Source: a bacterium | GTDB lineage: Bacteria; UBA8248 | Assembly (NCBI GenBank): GCA_965207065.1 | Contig: OZ242260.1 | Span: forward strand, 3,424,001-3,488,000 | Direction: 5' to 3' | Length of the DNA stretch: 64,000 nucleotides | Shown here: positions 57,621 through 64,000 of the stretch, piece by piece | How positions within the stretch are numbered: position 1 is the first letter of the stretch | How the letters are laid out: every line of letters begins with the position of its first letter | The notes under the pieces: generated by a model | Seen by the model: only the letters and a program-made list of their open reading frames with translations | Told to the model about the DNA's origin: nothing | The model's database searches: none | Translations under genes and position numbers: made by a program

Positions 57621-58460
57621 CTACCTTCTCGCTCCTCTCGCCCTGGGGGCCTTTCTTTGTGACGCCCAGCATTTCGCCACGTCGACAGGCGCGGCGATCC
57701 AGGCGTCACCCTTCGCCAGTATGTGCTGAATCATCCTCTCCAGCATCCGCATCCGGTGGTGCTGGCCGATGATCTGGGGATGGCACATGATGTTGATGTA
57801 CCCGCCTTCCTCGTACGTGCCCTCGAACTCCTCGACCCATATCGAATAGACCGATTCGGGGTCGCGGATGCCGTGGCCGAGCGGCGGGTTCGTGCTGTGG
57901 GCGAAGAAGATGAAATCATCGAGGCTCCACTTGGTGGGCAACTCAACGAGGCCGCAGTCGTGATAATAGGGCCAGTCGTCGTCCATCATGTTCGAGTGGT
58001 ACAGAAGCCCGTGCTTTTTCAAGAGTCCCATGGTGTGGACGCTCGGGTCCGCCGAGGGGGTGCGTGAGCCGAGGATCTCCTGACCCGTATCGCGCTTGAG
58101 TATCTCTAGTGCGCGCACGAGCAGTTCTTCTTCTCGCTCGGCGTCGCACATCTGGTAGGGTTTTTCGTGAATATGGCCATGGTGGCCGATTTCGTGCCCC
58201 GCCTTCACGATGGATTCCGTCATTTTCGGCCATTTCTCCACCGTCCAGCTCGGGATGTAGAACGCGCCGGGCAGGCTGTATTTCTTGAGGAGCCTGAGTA
58301 TCCGCGGGATCCCCACCTTGGGGCCGTAGGCGCCCATGGAATTGTGGATGGGACGCCCCCCCAGCGAGGGATCACGGCCCATCCAGACCGTCTCGCCGTC
58401 CACGTCGAAAGTCAGACACACGGCGCATCGCGCCCCGTTTTCCCATTTCACCCTAGGCAT
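57621..58460 (-). CDS. Polysaccharide deacetylase family (PuuE/PgdA-like)
   Basis: TFDVD, YGPKVG.PR, HEIGHHG..H, HPQIIG. Confidence 0.85.
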   Translation of the reverse strand: MPRVKWENGARCAVCLTFDVDGETVWMGRDPSLGGRPIHNSMGAYGPKVGIPRILRLLKKYSLPGAFYIPSWTVEKWPKMTESIVKAGHEIGHHGHIHEKPYQMCDAEREEELLVRALEILKRDTGQEILGSRTPSADPSVHTMGLLKKHGLLYHSNMMDDDWPYYHDCGLVELPTKWSLDDFIFFAHSTNPPLGHGIRDPESVYSIWVEEFEGTYEEGGYINIMCHPQIIGQHHRMRMLERMIQHILAKGDAWIAAPVDVAKCWASQRKAPRARGARR

Positions 58461-58499
58461 TCGTTTCCCCTCATCCTCGCTGTGTGGAAAGTATTCCGC

Positions 58500-59723
58500 T
58501 CAAGAATCCGCCATTTTCACCAATGCGCGCGCCAGGACGTCGCATCCCCGGTACGCGTCTTCCCAGTCCATGTCCTCTTCTTCCGAGTGGCTCTTCCCGG
58601 CGACGCAGGGCACGAAAATCATGGCCGCGGGCCCCAAGTCGGCCGCATAGCGGGCGTCATGGCCGGCGGCGCTCCACATCGAGCGGTGGCTGAAGCCAGA
58701 ATGCTCGCACACTTTTCTGACGGCCTGCGCGACCCCGGCGTCGAACGCGGTGGGGGTGGAGGAGCCGACGTCCTGAATCTCGACTTCGAGGTTTTCCCTT
58801 TCTGCTTCGCGGTGCACAGCCTCCTCGACGAGATTCCGTGCTTCATTCATCAGTTCCGGCTGGCTGTGCCTGAAATCGACCGAGAACGTCACCTCATCGG
58901 GTATGACGTTAATGGCGCCTGGCGAGAGGGAGAGTTCGCCCACCGTGGCGACGAATTCGGGATGCAGTTTCTCGGGAATTTCCCGAATGGCCGCTATTGT
59001 GCGCGCGGCGCCCACCAGGGCGTCGCGCCGCAAGTGCATGGGCGTGGGGCCGGCGTGGTCGCGCTCTCCTTTCATGGTGACCCGAAGCCAGGTGAGGCCG
59101 AAGATTCCCTCCACGATCCCTACCTGAACTCCCTCATTCACAAGAACAGGGCCTTGCTCGATGTGCAGTTCGAGATACGACCCGATGGGGCGGGGAGTGC
59201 AGGGCGCATCTCCTCTGTAGCCGATTCGCTCGAGTTCATCCAGGAACCTCGCGCCCTCGGAGTCTCTCGTCTCATAGGCGGCCTCGAGGGGTATCGCGCC
59301 TGCGAACACGCCGCTTCCGACCATGGATGGCGGAAAGCGGGGGCCTTCTTCGTTCGTCCAGTTCACGATCTCTATCGGGCGTCTCGTGACTATGGACTCA
59401 TCGTTGAGCGTCCGGACGGCTTCCAGAGCGGCCAGCACGCCCAATGAGCCATCGAAGCGGCCTCCATTGGGCACAGAGTCCAGGTGGCTGCCCGCCATGG
59501 CGGGCGGGGCGTCGTCTTCCCGGCCGGAGCGCCTGGCGAACATGTTTCCCATCTCGTCGACCCGCAGATCGAGATCGGCGTCGCCCGCCCAGAGGGCGAA
59601 TAAATCTCTGGCTTCCTTGTCGGCGTCGGTGAGTGTGAGACGGTTTACACCGCCACCTTTCGTCGCTCCAACCCGGGCCATCTCCTCCATGGACTGGCGA
59701 AATCGAACAGGATTTATTGGCAT
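58500..59723 (-). CDS. M20 Zn amidohydrolase (N-carbamoyl-amino acid/allantoate hydrolase family)
   Basis: GSHLDSVP.GG.FDG, NEEG.RF, ELHIEQGP, HAG.TPM, GHDA, SHS. Confidence 0.9.
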   Translation of the reverse strand: MPINPVRFRQSMEEMARVGATKGGGVNRLTLTDADKEARDLFALWAGDADLDLRVDEMGNMFARRSGREDDAPPAMAGSHLDSVPNGGRFDGSLGVLAALEAVRTLNDESIVTRRPIEIVNWTNEEGPRFPPSMVGSGVFAGAIPLEAAYETRDSEGARFLDELERIGYRGDAPCTPRPIGSYLELHIEQGPVLVNEGVQVGIVEGIFGLTWLRVTMKGERDHAGPTPMHLRRDALVGAARTIAAIREIPEKLHPEFVATVGELSLSPGAINVIPDEVTFSVDFRHSQPELMNEARNLVEEAVHREAERENLEVEIQDVGSSTPTAFDAGVAQAVRKVCEHSGFSHRSMWSAAGHDARYAADLGPAAMIFVPCVAGKSHSEEEDMDWEDAYRGCDVLARALVKMADS

Positions 59724-59795
59724 TTCGAACCCTCTGGCCTGGATTGTGCGAAATGGATTGTGCGGGGACGTCCGGCCTGGGACTCCCGCCGGGTA

Positions 59796-62700
59796 TCACG
59801 TGTCCGCAACTACGATTTTCTCGTACACTGCTCTTACGTCTTCTGTATTTTTCTCGAATTGGGCCAGCAGCTTGGCGTTGGCGCTACCGTCTATATCATC
59901 CACGAAACTCATCCGCCGCGCCAGCATGTTCATGGCGTGTCTCGTTTTCAAGAAGATATTAATCGACTGCGCGTTCCCGATACGGAGACGGTTCTCGACG
60001 AGTCGCAAGAAGCGGTACCCAGCGAGCAGCGCGTCGGCGTCCTCGTCCGAAAGCAAACCCGCCTCCTTCAAGGCCTGCAATGCGAGGTAGGTGTTCGGAA
60101 CCCGGATTTCCGGATGCGCTCCGCCATTTTGAATCAGAAGATACTGCGTCAGGAACTCGATGTCGATGATCCCCCCGCGCCCGAGCTTGATGTCGGCGAT
60201 TCCTTCATCCTCACGGGAAAGCTCGTTTTCGATGCGTCCACGCATGTGACGCACCTGTTGGATGAGGTCAGCGGGCGCTTCGCGCTCATATACGAATTCA
60301 TTGACATGCGTCATGAATTGCGCACCGAACCCTTCGCATCCCGCGACGTGCTTTGATCTTGTAAGAGCTTGTCTTTCCCATGTTTCAGCCCGATTGTTAA
60401 AGTAATCTATAAATACATCCAGCGGCGCGGCCAAAGCGCCTTTCTCTCCTTCGGGCCGAAGGCGCAAATCCATTTCATATGTCCGATCCCGGGTAGCCGA
60501 GGCTGTGAGGCCGTCGCGCAGGAACGTAGCGACCTTGATATAGAATTCATGGTTCGAGACGGGTCGGTACTCGGCAGGTTTGCCGTTGATTTGGCCGCTC
60601 GTATTCCCGGAGGCGCTGTAGACGAAAATCAGATCCAGATCCGATCCGTAGTTCATCTCCATGCTTCCCATTTTGCCGAGTCCGATGATGGCGAACCGGG
60701 CTTCCGCCCCTGTCTCCTCCTCCATCGGGGCGCCGTAGAGTTTCAGCATTCTCTCGCGAGCTATCTCGTAGCCGCTTCTCAAGGTAGTTTCCGCGAGGAG
60801 GGAGAGGGAGGAGAGGGTTTCGAGTATGTCCGCAGCCCCGAGAATGCTTCTGATGCCTATCGCGAGCTCCTCGCTTTTTTTGAGCAGGTGCAGGCGATTG
60901 AATTTTTCTTCCGTCGAGACTTGCGCGTCTGTTATTTTTTTCATTTCCCCGCCGAGCATGACCCCGGAACGCGGCTCGGAGAGGGTTTCCCTCTGAAAGA
61001 GCGTTTCGAGGAGTCCAGGCTGTTCGATCAGCACCTCGGCCAGATAATTGCTCGAAGCAAAAAGCTTGAGGATGATCTCCAGCGATTCTTCCTGCTCGGC
61101 CATGAACCCCAGAATGGATTCGCGGCCGCCTCCTCGCTCAACGAATTTGTTGAGGTGCGCAATGGCCCTGTCCGGCTCAGGGAGGTCCAGCGTTTGATAA
61201 AGCAGGCGGGGGAGGAGTTCATCGAATATCCGTTTCGCCTTGGCGCTGACGTGCTCGAGCGATGCGCCGTTTCTCAGGAGTTTGAGGTGCGTGCTCACGC
61301 CTTCGGGGTCCACGAAGCTGTACGAAGCCAGATCCTCGGCGGATAGCGAGTCCTCCAGGGTAAGCGCCGGGGTGGGCGGGCCGCTCGCCGATTCCGTTTC
61401 TTCGTCCCCGTTTTCGCTTCGGAACATGTTTTCAAAAATCCTGGATACGTTGTTCTGGTGATACGCCAGGCGGTTTTTCAGTTCAGCGCTTCCCTCACAG
61501 TCCATCTTGCGCGCCAGCACGTTCAGACTCTTCTCATCCGCCGGGACCTCATGTGTCTGGAGTCCGTGCGTGACTTGCACGCGGTGCTCGACGTCTCTCA
61601 GAAACACGTATGCGTTCGAGAGTTGGTCGCAATCGTGGGCGGGCAGAAGGCCGAGCGCCTCGATGATGGAGAGGCCCTCCAGCGTGCTCGGGTTCTGGAG
61701 AAGCGTTTCCCGGCCGCCGTAGATGAGTTGCAAAGCCTGGGTGATGAATTCAATCTCTCGAATGCCGCCTTCGCCAAGCTTCACGTTTCGCGTCGCGGCA
61801 TCCGCGCCTTTCAGGTTTTCGTTGATGCGGCCCTTGATGCGGCCGATCTCCTCGAGCACGCTGATGTCCATCGTCCGGCGGTACACGAAAGGGCGTATCA
61901 TTTCCATGAAGTCACTGCTCAAGGCGGCGGAACCCGCGCAGTGCCGGGATTTAATAAGGGCCTGTCTCTCCCACGTCTCGCCCCAGGATTCGTAGTAGAC
62001 CTCGCAGCTTCTCAGCGAATAGGCCAATGCGCCTTGCGAACCTTCGGGCCTGAGGCGCGTGTCAATCCGGAACACATGGCCCTCTTCAGTATTCGTCGCC
62101 ATCAGGGAGATGAGACGCCTGGACAAATGGGCGAAAAACTCATGGTTGGAGATGATTCTCTTCGTTCGGCCTGTAATCGCGTCTTTCACGCCGGTCGTCT
62201 CTCCCTCATCCGATGAATACACGAAGATGAGATCGATGTCAGAACTGAAATTGAGTTCCAGTCCGCCGAGCTTGCCCATTCCGATAACGCTGAATTCGGT
62301 ACTGCGCCACCTGCCGTCCGCGCCCTTGTGGCGGGGCTTCCCGTATTTGAGTTCGAGTTCGGCCCTGGCGATACGGACCGCTGCCTCCAGACAGGCGTCC
62401 GCAAGGTAGGAAAGGTTGGAGGTGATTTCCATGAGAGACGCCTGCCGCATCAAATCGAGTACAGCGATTCTCAGGTATTCGCGTTGGCGGAACCGACGCA
62501 TCGCGTTTTCCGGTCCATTGGGCGCATCCCGATTCTCCCGCACCCATTTCCATAGCTCGGAGACCATTTTTTCTTTCGTGCGGGTGGCTCTCAACGTGCT
62601 GGGCCGCAGGAGCCAGTCGAGAAAATTCGGATGCCGCAGAATCGTTTCGATCAAAAACTGGCTCCCGCCCGCGAGGGCGAAGAACTCCGCCCTGCGCTCA

Positions 62701-63011
62701 TCCGAGTGGGTGAGGGCTCTCAAGAGCAGGTCCGGCTTCTCGCGGGTGCCCAGAATACGCTCGAAGTTGCTCAGAGCGCGCTCCGGGTCGAACGTATCGC
62801 GCAGGGAAGAGAGCAACTGGAGCAGAAACTCGGAATTGTTGCGCGGAAACGCGGGGTGCAAGGCCAGGGACTGGAGATTTCTGGTCACGCCTACCTGATC
62901 GCTGACACCGATCAAGGCGAGAAGGTCTTTCGCCGCGGGTGTGGGGGCTCCTCCGGGCAAGAGTTTTTCGATATGGGAAAATCCCGGGTGCTCTTCAATC
63001 CGAACGCTCAT
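59796..63011 (-). CDS. glnE: Bifunctional GS adenylyltransferase/adenylyl-removing enzyme
   Basis: Two NT domains GMGKLGG.ELNFSSDIDL and GLGKMG..EMNYGSDLDL; RLRPEG, WERQAL. Confidence 0.95.
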   Translation of the reverse strand: MSVRIEEHPGFSHIEKLLPGGAPTPAAKDLLALIGVSDQVGVTRNLQSLALHPAFPRNNSEFLLQLLSSLRDTFDPERALSNFERILGTREKPDLLLRALTHSDERRAEFFALAGGSQFLIETILRHPNFLDWLLRPSTLRATRTKEKMVSELWKWVRENRDAPNGPENAMRRFRQREYLRIAVLDLMRQASLMEITSNLSYLADACLEAAVRIARAELELKYGKPRHKGADGRWRSTEFSVIGMGKLGGLELNFSSDIDLIFVYSSDEGETTGVKDAITGRTKRIISNHEFFAHLSRRLISLMATNTEEGHVFRIDTRLRPEGSQGALAYSLRSCEVYYESWGETWERQALIKSRHCAGSAALSSDFMEMIRPFVYRRTMDISVLEEIGRIKGRINENLKGADAATRNVKLGEGGIREIEFITQALQLIYGGRETLLQNPSTLEGLSIIEALGLLPAHDCDQLSNAYVFLRDVEHRVQVTHGLQTHEVPADEKSLNVLARKMDCEGSAELKNRLAYHQNNVSRIFENMFRSENGDEETESASGPPTPALTLEDSLSAEDLASYSFVDPEGVSTHLKLLRNGASLEHVSAKAKRIFDELLPRLLYQTLDLPEPDRAIAHLNKFVERGGGRESILGFMAEQEESLEIILKLFASSNYLAEVLIEQPGLLETLFQRETLSEPRSGVMLGGEMKKITDAQVSTEEKFNRLHLLKKSEELAIGIRSILGAADILETLSSLSLLAETTLRSGYEIARERMLKLYGAPMEEETGAEARFAIIGLGKMGSMEMNYGSDLDLIFVYSASGNTSGQINGKPAEYRPVSNHEFYIKVATFLRDGLTASATRDRTYEMDLRLRPEGEKGALAAPLDVFIDYFNNRAETWERQALTRSKHVAGCEGFGAQFMTHVNEFVYEREAPADLIQQVRHMRGRIENELSREDEGIADIKLGRGGIIDIEFLTQYLLIQNGGAHPEIRVPNTYLALQALKEAGLLSDEDADALLAGYRFLRLVENRLRIGNAQSINIFLKTRHAMNMLARRMSFVDDIDGSANAKLLAQFEKNTEDVRAVYEKIVVADT

Positions 63012-63041
63012 ATGACATCCCCCCGCAAAACCCATGAAGGA

Positions 63042-64000
63042 CTAGCGCATAGGATCTCCCGGATTCGCCGCCGTCTGGTGAAGGGCCGAATTCTCCTCCG
63101 TTCTGGGCAGCCATGAGAAAGCGACCAGACTTCCCAGACACGCGATGCCGATTGCTCCAAAAACGAATTCCAACCCGTATGCGTCCGCCAGTATACCCAG
63201 AAAAAACAAGCCAAGGCCAACAAAAATCTGGTTCGCCGTGAAAATAACGCCGACGACGCTTCCAGCCAGTTGAGGCGGGCTGATCTCGAAGCCGTATGCG
63301 AAAATCGCCGAGCGCATGGAGATGAGAAAAACGCCGACCGACGCGACGCAGACGTAGAGGAAAACTCCCGTGCCCGCGTGGGGAATCAGGAACAGCGCGA
63401 TTCCGCCGCCGGTGATCCCGATGAAGAGGATCAATTTTCGGGAAATCCTGTCGGAAAGATAGCCGACGATCGTTTCGGGAAATATGGAAGCCGCCGAATA
63501 CACGCCGAGCGCAAGGCCCAGGGTGCTCGGCCCCACGCCGTATTTTCTCACCAGCAGTATGGCCAGAAAAATCGAGACCACATTGTGCGCCAGCGTCCGC
63601 ACGCCCGAGAAGACGCAAGCTCCCATCATCCCCGGATTTTTAATGAGCGCATCCACGAAATTACCGGTGGTGACCGAGGAGCCGGGCTTTTGTTTTCCGC
63701 TAATCTGAAAAGGTTCCAGGAAAACCCACAAGAGAATCGCGGTGAGGAAAAGAGGAATCGTGTTCGCCAGCAGGACGCCCCGCCAGGTCATGACGAGGAG
63801 CAGATATCCCGCGATAATGGGCGCCAGGGTCTGCCCCAGGTTTGCGCCCGTGCCGTGTACGCCCAGAGCGAATCCCTTGCGGTTATCGAAGCGCATGCCC
63901 AGCAGACCCATGGAGGGAGGATGCCATGTATGCGTGGCCAGGCCGCTCAGCCAGATGATGGGGGCCAGCGTGATGAACCCCGTCGCGAATCCCGCCCCGC
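63042..64000 (-). CDS. MFS transporter (5' end lies outside the window)
   Basis: TM profile, HTWHPP upstream of the ORF-track start, GYLSDRISRK. Confidence 0.8.
   Translation of the reverse strand, partial: GAGFATGFITLAPIIWLSGLATHTWHPPSMGLLGMRFDNRKGFALGVHGTGANLGQTLAPIIAGYLLLVMTWRGVLLANTIPLFLTAILLWVFLEPFQISGKQKPGSSVTTGNFVDALIKNPGMMGACVFSGVRTLAHNVVSIFLAILLVRKYGVGPSTLGLALGVYSAASIFPETIVGYLSDRISRKLILFIGITGGGIALFLIPHAGTGVFLYVCVASVGVFLISMRSAIFAYGFEISPPQLAGSVVGVIFTANQIFVGLGLFFLGILADAYGLEFVFGAIGIACLGSLVAFSWLPRTEENSALHQTAANPGDPMR

Noticed and set aside
1-64000. CRISPR array, rRNA, prophage, transposase
   Set aside because: No regularly spaced repeats and no hallmark genes were seen.

Overview
GC-rich chromosomal segment from a diderm bacterium (it encodes a DcaP-type outer-membrane porin and a lipoprotein); the lineage cannot be fixed from sequence alone. 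It carries about 65 CDS and one tRNA-Gly(GCC). Housekeeping genes: ccsA-like/hemACDB, pyrDK, glnA, glnE, pckA, mtaB, meaB, cutA. Other genes: many catabolic oxidoreductases and hydrolases, a coxM/S/D/E-like cluster with no large subunit, and a NitT/TauT ABC transporter. Most notable observations: (1) a hidden DsbA/FrnE-family selenoprotein candidate with an in-frame UGA in a UPWC motif; (2) an orphan GlnR-like regulator next to glnA, with actinobacterial-type GlnR-box matches upstream of both glnA and the porin; (3) an accessory islet after hemB holding a small basic protein plus an ADP-ribosyltransferase-like gene (candidate toxin-antitoxin/defence pair), a MITE with nested REP/REPIN hairpins, and a relic of a second ART homologue; (4) a HEPN-MNT toxin-antitoxin pair near the tRNA; (5) two genes that appear to start at ATC and CTG. 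No CRISPR array, rRNA, integrase or transposase was seen. All family calls are by motif recognition; no searches were run.
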